Of a stretch of 32,000 nt of DNA, positions 8,123-15,830 are shown piece after piece. The notes under the pieces are model-generated. The model was not told the DNA's origin. It did not search any database and saw only the letters and a program-made list of their open reading frames with translations. How positions within the stretch are numbered: the stretch's first letter is position 1; the number at the start of each line of letters is the position of its first letter. This DNA is from Candidatus Iainarchaeum sp. (GTDB lineage Archaea > Iainarchaeota > Iainarchaeia > Iainarchaeales > JAZDEL01): positions 30,001-62,000 of the forward strand of contig JAZDEL010000003.1 of assembly GCA_043808785.1 (NCBI GenBank), written 5' to 3'. A program made the position numbers and the translations under genes.

Positions 8123-8214
8123 TTTTATCACGCCCTTTTTATTTTGGTTTGCAGCAGCCCTCGCTGCGGCAAACCCAACCATCGCACGTTTTTGTTTTTA
8201 TTTCCGTGCGCCCT

Positions 8215-8421
8215 TTACCTCGCCTTAATCTCCTTCGCCTCCCTCTCCGTGCTGAGCAGGATTATAACGTCCCCTTTCTTCACCTTGCCCTTCACGTTCC
8301 TCCTCTTTACCCTGCCCTGTTCCGGGCCCTCGAGTATTTTGCACAGCACCTGCACGATTTCCCCGTACACGCCCGTGCGCTGGATTATGTCAACAACCTC
8401 TGCGGGAGTTCCCCTATCCAT
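8215..8421 (-). CDS. rps28e: 30S ribosomal protein S28e (eS28)
   Basis: 68 aa. [26 protein letters not shown]...[10 protein letters not shown] matches S28e. Conserved L7Ae-S28e-L24e order. Confidence 0.9.
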   Translation of the reverse strand: MDRGTPAEVVDIIQRTGVYGEIVQVLCKILEGPEQGRVKRRNVKGKVKKGDVIILLSTEREAKEIKAR

Positions 8422-8433
8422 TTTTCATTCCCC

Positions 8434-8799
8434 CTAACCCCTCAGTTCCTTTATTTTCTTTGCGAGGTCGTCGAGTTCCTTTTTCGCGTCGCCCTCGTTC
8501 TCTATCGCGACAGCGCTTGTCCCCACTTTAAGCCCTGCGCTCGCGCCGAGGTCCTTCTTCGCCTGCACATACCCGTAAGGAACCTTTTTCTCGTCGCAGA
8601 GCAAAGGCAGGTGCATAACAACCTCGGGCGGGGTAACATCCTGCGCAATTACCACAAGCTTAGCGTTCCCGCGCTCGATTGCCTTTGTGACCTCGTTGCT
8701 CCCTATGCGTATCTTTCCGCCCTTCCTCGCTTTCTCCAGCAGCGCAAGCTGCCTGTCCGCAAGTTCCTTGGGCATCTCGAACTTCACGTAGTCTGCCAT
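8434..8799 (-). CDS. rpl7ae: 50S ribosomal protein L7Ae (K-turn binding protein)
   Basis: KIRIGSNEVTKAIERGNAKLVVIAQDV...LPLLCDEKKVPY is the L7Ae/L30e core. ATG at 8799 (the track start at 8802 is TTG). GGAGGTG lies upstream. Confidence 0.95.
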   Translation of the reverse strand: MADYVKFEMPKELADRQLALLEKARKGGKIRIGSNEVTKAIERGNAKLVVIAQDVTPPEVVMHLPLLCDEKKVPYGYVQAKKDLGASAGLKVGTSAVAIENEGDAKKELDDLAKKIKELRG

Positions 8800-8943
8800 C
8801 AATCACACCTCCGGTTAAAACCTCCAACCTCCTTTTCCCGCGCATTTCGCGCAGGATAAGTCATAGATTGTCATCGGCAAAATAAGCCCGACAACAACGG
8901 TTGTACGGCAATTCTACAATAAAAAACTGCCCCAGAAAGGTTT

Positions 8944-8969
8944 AAAAACCCCCTTTCGCGGGGGTTTTT
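8944..8969 (-). terminator. Hairpin plus oligo-T downstream of the Cys-rich protein gene
   Basis: AAAAACCCCC-TTTCGC-GGGGGTTTTT is a perfect palindrome. On the minus-strand RNA it gives a 5-bp GC stem followed by UUUUU, about 60 nt after the stop at 9027. Confidence 0.5.
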
Positions 8970-9026
8970 GGCTGCCGCGGTTTGCGGGTTTTTGTTTCTG
9001 CGGCTGTCGCCTTGCCGCTGCAAGCC

Positions 9027-10235
9027 CTAACCGCCATAAGGCAGCCCGCAATATGAGGGTGCGCACGTGTCATTGTCGCCGTCCTGCTTCGCCAAATCGC
9101 AGCGGCAGACAAAGTCCTTGTAGAGCTGTCCCTCGTTGCAGGCGTAGTATTTGCTCGCGTTCTTGCCTGCGCTGCAATACTGCTCGACGATTTTTTTGCA
9201 GGTTCCGTAGCACTTATCCTGCAGGCACTGCCCGGGTTCCTTGTTTTCGGGAGGCGGGCAAGCGCCCGTCATGCCCCCGCTGTAAGCGTCGCAAAAGTCG
9301 TCTATTGCATAATACTCCTTGCCCGGAATGGTCTGGGCTGCGGTGTTCTTCCCCACATATACGGTACCTGCCACCTTGGCTTGCGTGAAATCCCCGCCGC
9401 CGTCGGTGTCGTAGCAGTTAACGCACTTTTTAGTTCCAAGGTCGCACACCATCCCTTTCGAAACGCAGTCCTCGTGCTTTGTGCATTCGCTTCCGCCTGT
9501 GCCCGACTTTTTGCACTGCCCTCCGTTGGCCGTATTCTCGCAGCCGTATGTGCAGCTGTAATTATGGAACATCCAGTCATAATCCCTGCAATAATATTCC
9601 ATTAACCCGCCGGTTGCCTGGCATTCGTCCGTCTTCTCAAGCAGTTTGTCCTGCCCTTTTCTGGAGTAGGTTACCTTTCCCGCAACATATTGCCGGTCCC
9701 CCCCGTCGGTGTCCTCGCAGAACTGGCAGTATGCGCCCTTGCCGTCGCAGAGCCTGAGCGTGCCGCTGTTCAGCCCCGCACTTATTCCGTTAGTGAGTTC
9801 CGCAAGCGCGATGTCGAGCTTCGCCTTGTCCGCAAGGTCGGCATCTGTCCAGCCCCTGCTTGACAGGTACGCATTCTTAACCTCGACCCAGCCGTAGCAG
9901 TAACCCCTGTAGCAAACCCCGTAATGGTTTCCCCACTCGGCAGGGACAGGTGCCGCAGCCCGCGCATATGCAGCGCGCACCGCGGGAATCTGGAAAACTT
10001 TCACGAATTCAACAACACGCGCAGGGTCGGCAATTCCGCGCGCCTGCAGGAAAACGTTCTGCGTTCCCGCCGTAGGCTTCAGCGCCTGCCCGATATTCCC
10101 GCCCGAAAGCGCGAAATAGCCCGCCACGATAACAACAACCACTAAAACAAAAATCAGCGCGTTCTTGGCGTTCATTTTAATGTTGAGTTTTGTCGGCTTT
10201 TTTTGGCCAGCTTGTTTTGCATGCTTTTTTGGCAT
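9027..10235 (-). CDS. Membrane-anchored, cysteine-rich extracellular protein of unknown function with two C-x-DTDGG modules
   Basis: 402 aa from ATG 10235, which lies downstream of the gltX stop. Basic N-terminus plus TM helix (ALIFVLVVVVIVAGYFAL). I counted 26 Cys by hand. Repeated motifs are CEDTDGGD...VAGKVTY...EYYC and CYDTDGGGD...VAGTVYV...EYY...C. Confidence 0.65.
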   Translation of the reverse strand: MPKKHAKQAGQKKPTKLNIKMNAKNALIFVLVVVVIVAGYFALSGGNIGQALKPTAGTQNVFLQARGIADPARVVEFVKVFQIPAVRAAYARAAAPVPAEWGNHYGVCYRGYCYGWVEVKNAYLSSRGWTDADLADKAKLDIALAELTNGISAGLNSGTLRLCDGKGAYCQFCEDTDGGDRQYVAGKVTYSRKGQDKLLEKTDECQATGGLMEYYCRDYDWMFHNYSCTYGCENTANGGQCKKSGTGGSECTKHEDCVSKGMVCDLGTKKCVNCYDTDGGGDFTQAKVAGTVYVGKNTAAQTIPGKEYYAIDDFCDAYSGGMTGACPPPENKEPGQCLQDKCYGTCKKIVEQYCSAGKNASKYYACNEGQLYKDFVCRCDLAKQDGDNDTCAPSYCGLPYGG

Positions 10236-10290
10236 AAAACCACGACTAATTAATGGCGCAATGTTGTATATTAACCTTAACCTTCTTCCC

Positions 10291-11961
10291 TCACCTGTGC
10301 GCAAAATAGCAGTGAACAAAGTGCTTGTCTATAGCATCCACGCGCGCGAAACCCAGCCTGTCAAGGTTCAAAATATCCCCCACATTTACCTCAACAGCAT
10401 CCATCATTCCGTAAACCTTTGAATTGTCCCCGAGTGTAACTTCCGCATCCCTCCCGTCCCCTTCCGTAAGCCAGGGCATTATGTCATCCTCCTTTTTTGT
10501 CGTCCCCACAAATTCGCCCATAACCTGCAGCGCGTCCTTATGTGTTATCTTCACATTGTACGCGTCCTTGAGCCTTATCACTTCCCCCTCAAGATATCTT
10601 TCAAGCAATTTCTTGGGCACAAGGAACTGCTGGGTGCCCTCGTTCAAGGTTACAACCCCGCCCTCCCTTTCGACTTCGGTTTCGTGCGCGAACTGCACAT
10701 CAAGCCTCAAAGGGTCCTCAATGAATGAAACATGCCTGCTTGCTTCACCTACGTATTTCCTGTTCAGGTCGAAGAGCATGTTCATTTCAACAGTTGCATC
10801 GGAAGGCTTAACGCCCAAATGAATTATCACCTCCCTTATTGCCTTGCTCGAAAAGCCGCGCCTTCTCAGCGCCCTTATGGTTCCCAAGCGCGGGTCGTCC
10901 CAGCCCTCATACTCGCCCTTTTCAATTCCTTCCTTTATTTTGGAGGTGCTCAGCACCATCCCTTCAAGGCTTATCCTTCCGAAATGGAACGCGTGCGGAT
11001 ATTTCCATCCGAAATATTTGTACAAAAACTCCTGCTTTGTCCGGTTCTGCGCGTGCTCCTGCCCGCGCAGGATGAGCGTCACGCCCATCAGATGGTCGTC
11101 CACAGCTGACTGAAACATATAACTCGGCCAAACATGATACTTATCCCCCACGCGCGCGTGCCGGGGCTCATCAACAATGCGCGCAATCCACCAGTCCCTT
11201 ATGCTAGGGTCGGGGTCCTCAAGGTTGGTTTTGATGCGCAGCACTGCGCTGCCTTCCTTGAGTTCGTGCTCCATCATTTTCTCGAACTGCTTCAGCACTT
11301 CCTTCGGCTTCTTCTCCCTGCACTTGCAGCCTTTTTTCTCCCGTATGAGTTCGCGCCATTTCTCCGCATTGCAAGTGCAAACATAAGCCCCACCCTTTTT
11401 TATGAGTTCGAGCATGTGTTCATAGTAAATGCCCATCCTGTCGCTTGCGAAGTAAGTTTCATCAGGCCTGCACCCTAACCAATCCAAATCCTCGCGGAAA
11501 ACTTCTTCAGCATCAGCCATCGGCTTCTTAACTTTCGGGTCGGTGTCCTCGAACCTCAGTATGAATTTCCCGCCGTATTTCGCCGCATATTCATAACTCA
11601 AAATCGCGGCGCGCGCATTTCCAAGGTGCAAAGGCCCGTTAGGGTTCGGGGCATAGCGCGTGACAACCTTCTCTTTTGCAGCCCACTCAAGTTCCTGCAA
11701 ACCCTCCACCTTGTCCTTGGGCTTCAGTTCGTAACCCTCCTCCTCGAACTTCTTGTATTCCTTTTCGATTTCATCCGGCGGCATCCCGTTAACCCTGCGA
11801 ACCGCCTCCTCGATTACGGGCATCGCCTTTTTCACGTCAAGCCCCTTCTCGAGCGCGAGCATTTTCCCCACAAGCGCCTTTATGTCCGCCTTGCCGCTGT
11901 GGAGGAAAGCGTTCTTTATTGCATATTTGTAGGCGTTGCGCCCGAGTTTCTCCATATCCAT
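10291..11961 (-). CDS. gltX: Glutamyl-tRNA synthetase, archaeal type
   Basis: HIGH motif (PNPNGPLHLGNARAA), KMSKS-like motif (VLSTSK) and the archaeal N-terminal helical domain (YAIKNAFLHSGKADIKALVGKMLA). Start taken at ATG 11961; the track start at 11979 is GTG. Confidence 0.9.
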   Translation of the reverse strand: MDMEKLGRNAYKYAIKNAFLHSGKADIKALVGKMLALEKGLDVKKAMPVIEEAVRRVNGMPPDEIEKEYKKFEEEGYELKPKDKVEGLQELEWAAKEKVVTRYAPNPNGPLHLGNARAAILSYEYAAKYGGKFILRFEDTDPKVKKPMADAEEVFREDLDWLGCRPDETYFASDRMGIYYEHMLELIKKGGAYVCTCNAEKWRELIREKKGCKCREKKPKEVLKQFEKMMEHELKEGSAVLRIKTNLEDPDPSIRDWWIARIVDEPRHARVGDKYHVWPSYMFQSAVDDHLMGVTLILRGQEHAQNRTKQEFLYKYFGWKYPHAFHFGRISLEGMVLSTSKIKEGIEKGEYEGWDDPRLGTIRALRRRGFSSKAIREVIIHLGVKPSDATVEMNMLFDLNRKYVGEASRHVSFIEDPLRLDVQFAHETEVEREGGVVTLNEGTQQFLVPKKLLERYLEGEVIRLKDAYNVKITHKDALQVMGEFVGTTKKEDDIMPWLTEGDGRDAEVTLGDNSKVYGMMDAVEVNVGDILNLDRLGFARVDAIDKHFVHCYFAHR

Positions 11962-12007
11962 AAACACACCGTCGTGCACGCAATTGCTTCGGTTGGTTTG
12001 CAGGTTC

Positions 12008-12038
12008 AGATATAATTAGTCCTGCCGAATATATAAAA
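12008..12038 (-). promoter_or_regulatory. Candidate TATA boxes upstream of gltX
   Basis: Minus strand reads AATTTTATATATTCGGCAGGACTAATTATATCT. Two TATA-like elements lie about 35-70 nt upstream of the candidate starts. Confidence 0.35.
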
Positions 12039-12178
12039 TTAGGTTTTTGGTTCGGCAAAGCCGCGGAACAAAAAACCGCCGTTTTCCCTTCTGGAACAGA
12101 AAATTTCCTAAGGAAAGAGATTTTTTCCAATAATTTTGGTGCGTGAAGTGCTTTCCGCACACCAACCCGCTTGCGCCT

Positions 12179-12931
12179 TTATTTCCCCCTCTTCCAGCAC
12201 TGCTCGAAATAGTTTGTCAGCGCTTCCGCGAGGGCTTTGTTCTCGGGCCAGATTGTGAAATGGTACTCGGGCTTCTCCTGCGCGAAATCGCTCAGCGCAA
12301 GTATCACTTTCTTTCCGTCAATAATGTAAGCGTGCATCCCGTGGTCGCAGTCCTTGAATTTCACTCCCGAATCCCCGAACTCCTTTGCGAGTTTTCCCGA
12401 TTCCTCGGAAACCTTCGCAACAAGGCGCATTTCCACATTCCTTACTCCCGCGCCTTTTATGTTCTCCCTCAAAATTCCGTGCTCCTTCCCCAAATTAGTG
12501 AGTGCAACAACGCTCTCCTTTGCACCGTCTATCTCCTGCCCCAGGATGCGCATGAAATCCCCGCGGTCCTTTACCTTCATCACGCGCTCCCCTGTGAAAT
12601 CGCCCGCCCCCGCACCGATGCCGAGCTTAACCTTCTCGGCCTGCCTCTCAAGTTCCTTGAGCAGTTCCCTTTTCTCCTCAATAAGTGTGCCGAACACTTT
12701 CTCCGCCTCGACAGCCCTGTATTTCTTCGGCCTTCCGTAAATAGCGATAATCAGCCCGCGCTTTGTAAGCCTTTCAAGTACGTCATAAACCCTTGTTTTG
12801 GGGACCTGCGCGCGCCTGCTTACCTCGGGCGCTTCCGCCTCGTGCAGATTGAACAGCGCATCGAGCGCCTTTGCCTCATACTCGGTAAGCCCCAACTGCC
12901 CGAGCAGTTTCCTTATCTCTCCGTTTGCCAT
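12179..12931 (-). CDS. TrmB-family transcriptional regulator
   Basis: 250 aa. The N-terminal winged helix LGLTEYEAKALDALFNLHEAEAPEVSRRAQVPKTRVYDVLERLTKRGLI, followed by a coiled-coil, is the TrmB pattern. Confidence 0.8.
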   Translation of the reverse strand: MANGEIRKLLGQLGLTEYEAKALDALFNLHEAEAPEVSRRAQVPKTRVYDVLERLTKRGLIIAIYGRPKKYRAVEAEKVFGTLIEEKRELLKELERQAEKVKLGIGAGAGDFTGERVMKVKDRGDFMRILGQEIDGAKESVVALTNLGKEHGILRENIKGAGVRNVEMRLVAKVSEESGKLAKEFGDSGVKFKDCDHGMHAYIIDGKKVILALSDFAQEKPEYHFTIWPENKALAEALTNYFEQCWKRGK

Positions 12932-12973
12932 TTTACCCGCGCCTTCGGTTTGCCGAAAATTCCGATAACTATA

Positions 12974-13005
12974 CTTAATATATGCCCGAGAAACTATATA
13001 AATTT
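12974..13005 (-). promoter_or_regulatory. Candidate promoter of the TrmB-family gene
   Basis: Minus strand reads AAATTTATATAGTTTCTCGGGCATATATTAAG. A consensus-like TTTATATA box lies about 65 nt upstream of ATG 12931, with a second AT box about 45 nt upstream. Confidence 0.4.
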
Positions 13006-13061
13006 ACCTTTTTACGGTTAACGAATGATTTTTCCGCCTTTTTTTTGCCTGCAGGTGCTTT

Positions 13062-13886
13062 TTAACGCCCCCTGAAGGCAATTGCGGCATACCCTACCAC
13101 ATTGCCGAAATCGCCGCTTTCTTCGGCGCTGGTGCCATATTTCAGTAGTTCGGCATGCTTAATTCCGCCTAGCCTGCACGCCTCCATTACAACGCATACG
13201 GGGGCATAGCCGCAAATGCTCATCCTTTTCCCCTCGACAAGGGCGTGGAATCCGCCGATATCCATCTTCTCAATCAGCGCTATCGCTTCCGCATCCCCCT
13301 TTCTCGCCCTTTCCTCGCTCTCGAAATGCGTGAAATCCGAGGAGGCAATGAACCCCGCATCCCTCCCGCGAGTTAGGTTATGTAGAATTGCACCAATTTT
13401 TTTCAGTTCCGCAAGCCTGTGCTCCGCGATTGTTATTGCGACAATCTTGAAGCGCGAGCCGCAGAGGTGCTGCAAAAAAGGCAGTTGCACCTCGAGGGAA
13501 TGCTCCCCCGCGTGCGCGGTTTCATCGAACCCGCAGCCGAGCGCATCCGCAATCCCCCCGCTCAGCGCTGCATCGACTTCAACCCTTCCCAAAGGCGTTT
13601 CCCACTCCCCTTCGGGGTAAACCGAAACCGCCTCCCCTATTCCGGTGTGGTTGGGCGAAATTATAACATAAGTTTCCGCCTTCTTCAGCGCTGAAAAAGC
13701 GTGCGCCGCAACCTTGCCCGAATAAACATAACCCGCGTGCGGGCTTACAACAGCGGGCGCGTTGTTTGTTTTTTTTCCTGCTGCACGGAAGAAAGCATCA
13801 AGCTGCTTCTTCAGTTCCTTCTCCCGCGCGGAATAGAACTGCCCCGCGAAAACAGCGCTGCGCAAACTTCCAGCCATTGCCCGCAT
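13062..13886 (-). CDS. MEMO1 / AmmeMemoRadiSam system protein B family protein
   Basis: Motifs SPHAGYVYSG, GEHSLEVQLPFLQ and SSDFTHF are characteristic of the family. Start ambiguous: GTG 13895, ATG 13886 or ATG 13877. Confidence 0.8.
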   Translation of the reverse strand: MRAMAGSLRSAVFAGQFYSAREKELKKQLDAFFRAAGKKTNNAPAVVSPHAGYVYSGKVAAHAFSALKKAETYVIISPNHTGIGEAVSVYPEGEWETPLGRVEVDAALSGGIADALGCGFDETAHAGEHSLEVQLPFLQHLCGSRFKIVAITIAEHRLAELKKIGAILHNLTRGRDAGFIASSDFTHFESEERARKGDAEAIALIEKMDIGGFHALVEGKRMSICGYAPVCVVMEACRLGGIKHAELLKYGTSAEESGDFGNVVGYAAIAFRGR

Positions 13887-13920
13887 ACCGCACACCTGCA
13901 GTTATTAACTTCTGCGGGAG

Positions 13921-13930
13921 TTTATATAAA
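13921..13930 (-). promoter_or_regulatory. TATA box (palindromic TTTATATAAA) upstream of the MEMO-like gene
   Basis: Lies 26-35 nt upstream of the candidate starts at 13895 and 13886, consistent with a leaderless or short-leader archaeal mRNA. Confidence 0.5.
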
Positions 13931-13978
13931 ATTAGGGTTTCGCGGGGCAATTTGGTAAAAACGCGAACCCGCCAAAAA

Positions 13979-14530
13979 CTATATTTCTTCAACCCCAACC
14001 GGGGCACAAACTATTGAAAACTCGCCGTTCGCCTGGTTGAAATATATCCTTACCTTTTCACCTTCGTGGAAACTTGGCGAGCCTTCCACCCATTCGCCGA
14101 TTGCCCCGACCATTCCGCCTGGCGTTACAATTTGAAGTTTATCTTCCGTAAACGGCGCCCCTTTGGCATAATTTTCAATTCTCATATCGGCATAGGTAAA
14201 AATAGAAGTTCCATCTTCATTCCGTTTGCTTTCCACTTTTTCAATAGTTCCTTCGATTATATAATCTGCTGTTTCGGTTATGTAAGATTTATTATCGCAG
14301 TCCCCTATCAATAGCCCACCTTCAGCCTTTACTATTATTTTGCCTTCTGGCAAAGGAGCCGCAGGTTTGCTTAAATCTTCACCATTTACCGGTATTTTGC
14401 CTTCCGGTAAGGGAGCCGCAGGTGTCACAGTTGTCGGAGTTGTCGTGCCACCGCCCGCCAAAACAACCAAGGCAGCGATGCAAACCGCAAGCGCAACCGC
14501 CGCAAATGCAACCAGCCAAAATTTCTTCAT
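13979..14530 (-). CDS. Membrane-anchored surface protein P2, diverged paralogue of the metzincin partner proteins
   Basis: 183 aa from ATG 14530 (MKKFWLVAFAAVALAVCIAALVVLAGGG). It has a Thr/Pro stalk, a 19-aa tandem repeat (PAAPLPEGKI...), and a C-terminal domain I could align by hand to P1a/P1b (AKG, GG.xG and GEKV blocks). Confidence 0.7.
   Translation of the reverse strand: MKKFWLVAFAAVALAVCIAALVVLAGGGTTTPTTVTPAAPLPEGKIPVNGEDLSKPAAPLPEGKIIVKAEGGLLIGDCDNKSYITETADYIIEGTIEKVESKRNEDGTSIFTYADMRIENYAKGAPFTEDKLQIVTPGGMVGAIGEWVEGSPSFHEGEKVRIYFNQANGEFSIVCAPVGVEEI
14337..14422 (-). repeat. 57-nt-period tandem repeat inside P2 (encodes PAAPLPEGKI twice)
   Basis: The 29-nt cores at 14337-14365 and 14394-14422 differ at 3 positions. 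Confidence 0.8.
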
Positions 14531-14585
14531 ACTCGTGCTTCCTATTAAGATGTTCCATACATACAAAAGAATGGAAAGAAAAGTT

Positions 14586-15242
14586 TCATTGGCCCGTTAC
14601 AGAGGCCAATACCTCTTCAAGCGGCAGTTTCTGGTATTGCTCCGGAACCTCGAGCCGCACAGCCTGATTGTCGCTTGTGATTGTGAATTTTCCGTGCTTC
14701 CAGCCCACAACGCTGTAATGCGCTCCGCCGTTGGTTGAGGTTTTATCAGAAGGGTCGTTTGTTGTGAGGAACAGCAGGACTTTTTCGCCGACTTCAAACT
14801 TAGCCGCGTCCTCAACATCCATTGAATGATCCCCGATTTTTCCCCCGAGGGTGCGGACAACAAGCCTTGACGGAACTGAACCTTTTGCCGTGCTGTCGAC
14901 CTGAATAATCGCATCAGTATAGATTTGGGCATCGCTTGCCACATCTGCGGGTCGCCCCCCATCGGGAGTATCCCACTTGCTGGGGAGAATCTCCGTCACA
15001 CGCCCGATAACCACGCTTTCCGAGTGTTTATTGAGGAAGGAAAGGTCCAATACTTCAGTGGACCACAGAGGGTAGATTGTCTTTGTCGTGGGCGATATTG
15101 ATTGTGTCGCCGTTGTTGTGGGTGACATTGGCGGTGTCGCCGTTGTCGGGCCGCCGCCCGCCAAAACAACCAAAGCGGCAATGCCTACAACAAGCGCAGC
15201 CGCCGCAAATCCAGCCAGCCAAACTTTCTTCATATTTTTCAT
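14586..15242 (-). CDS. Membrane-anchored metzincin-partner protein P1a (signal anchor, Thr/Pro stalk, unassigned ectodomain)
   Basis: 218 aa: MKNMKKVWLAGFAAAALVVGIAALVVLAGGG, then PTTATPPMSPTTTATQSISPTTKT, then a ~150-aa domain. AGGAGG lies 7 nt upstream of the ATG. About 80% identical to P1b by hand alignment. Confidence 0.75.
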   Translation of the reverse strand: MKNMKKVWLAGFAAAALVVGIAALVVLAGGGPTTATPPMSPTTTATQSISPTTKTIYPLWSTEVLDLSFLNKHSESVVIGRVTEILPSKWDTPDGGRPADVASDAQIYTDAIIQVDSTAKGSVPSRLVVRTLGGKIGDHSMDVEDAAKFEVGEKVLLFLTTNDPSDKTSTNGGAHYSVVGWKHGKFTITSDNQAVRLEVPEQYQKLPLEEVLASVTGQ

Positions 15243-15257
15243 ATATGTGCCTCCTGC

Positions 15258-15830
15258 TCAGGCCGTCCCATAAATATATTTAATGCCCGCTATGTCGTCG
15301 GAGTGTAATGTTCTCTTCTTTGTCTCGCCCGTGCTGATGTAACCATACATTGTCTTTTCGGTGTCGGACGAGCCGTAAAGGTCGTTCAATTTCAACCAGT
15401 GGCCAAACTCATGCGTGGCTGCGTTTTGAACATCATAATAACCGCTTTGGCCGGTTGTAGACCATGAAACGTTATAGCTGAAGTTTGTTAAAACCTTGTA
15501 AATTCTATAAGATTGTGCACTTATTAGTGTTTGGGCTATTTGCCCGGCAGGAAGGCTTGCCTTGCCTATGATGTCCAACGTCGTCGACCTTTTGGTAAAG
15601 GCAAATTTTGACCCGGCATTATTCCAGGCAGCGGCGGCACTATTTATGGAATTGTACCAACTTGCTGGTATTGAACCACTCCAATAATAGGGTACCCCCC
15701 ATTTATCCGCACCGTAACTGTATGCACTGACAGGCGCCGATGCAATCACACAAAATAGCGCCAGTAATAACAGCGCGCCCGCGCCCCGCCCGATTTTTCT
15801 TCTATTCATGATTTCCTCCGAGTGGCTCAT
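15258..15830 (-). CDS. Secreted snapalysin/matrixin-like mini-metzincin M1a
   Basis: 190 aa. Signal peptide ...LLLLALFCVIASAPVSA|YSY; zinc motif HEFGHWLKLNDLY; Met-turn TMYGY; AAAAWNNAGSKFAF helix. The ATG overlaps the P1b stop (ATGA). An alternative start is Met8 (15809). Confidence 0.8.
   Translation of the reverse strand: MSHSEEIMNRRKIGRGAGALLLLALFCVIASAPVSAYSYGADKWGVPYYWSGSIPASWYNSINSAAAAWNNAGSKFAFTKRSTTLDIIGKASLPAGQIAQTLISAQSYRIYKVLTNFSYNVSWSTTGQSGYYDVQNAATHEFGHWLKLNDLYGSSDTEKTMYGYISTGETKKRTLHSDDIAGIKYIYGTA

Noticed and set aside
8803-8935. K-turn or box C/D-like autoregulatory element in the rpl7ae leader (GAUGA and AUGA words at about 8862-8876).
   Set aside because: L7Ae autoregulation through 5'-UTR K-turns is documented in some archaea. 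I could not build a consistent C-stem / 3-nt bulge / tandem G-A structure from this leader by hand.
12042-12055. Recurrent short intergenic words. GGTTTTTGGTTCGG occurs at 12042-12055 and 18332-18345. GGTTTGCCGAAAA occurs at 12947-12959 (+) and 18351-18363 (-). GGTTTGC-type words occur in several spacers.
   Set aside because: Exact 13- to 14-mers are expected about once or more by chance among all pairs in a 32-kb window, and these are low-complexity T/G-rich. This is not enough evidence for a repeat family without a genome-wide count.
14996-15181. Duplicated 61-aa alternative-frame ORFs (14996-15181 and 16237-16422), and the 121-aa ORF 14597-14962, inside the partner genes.
   Set aside because: They lie in other frames of the well-supported partner CDSs and are Arg/Gln/Pro-rich nonsense. 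They appear twice only because the DNA is duplicated.
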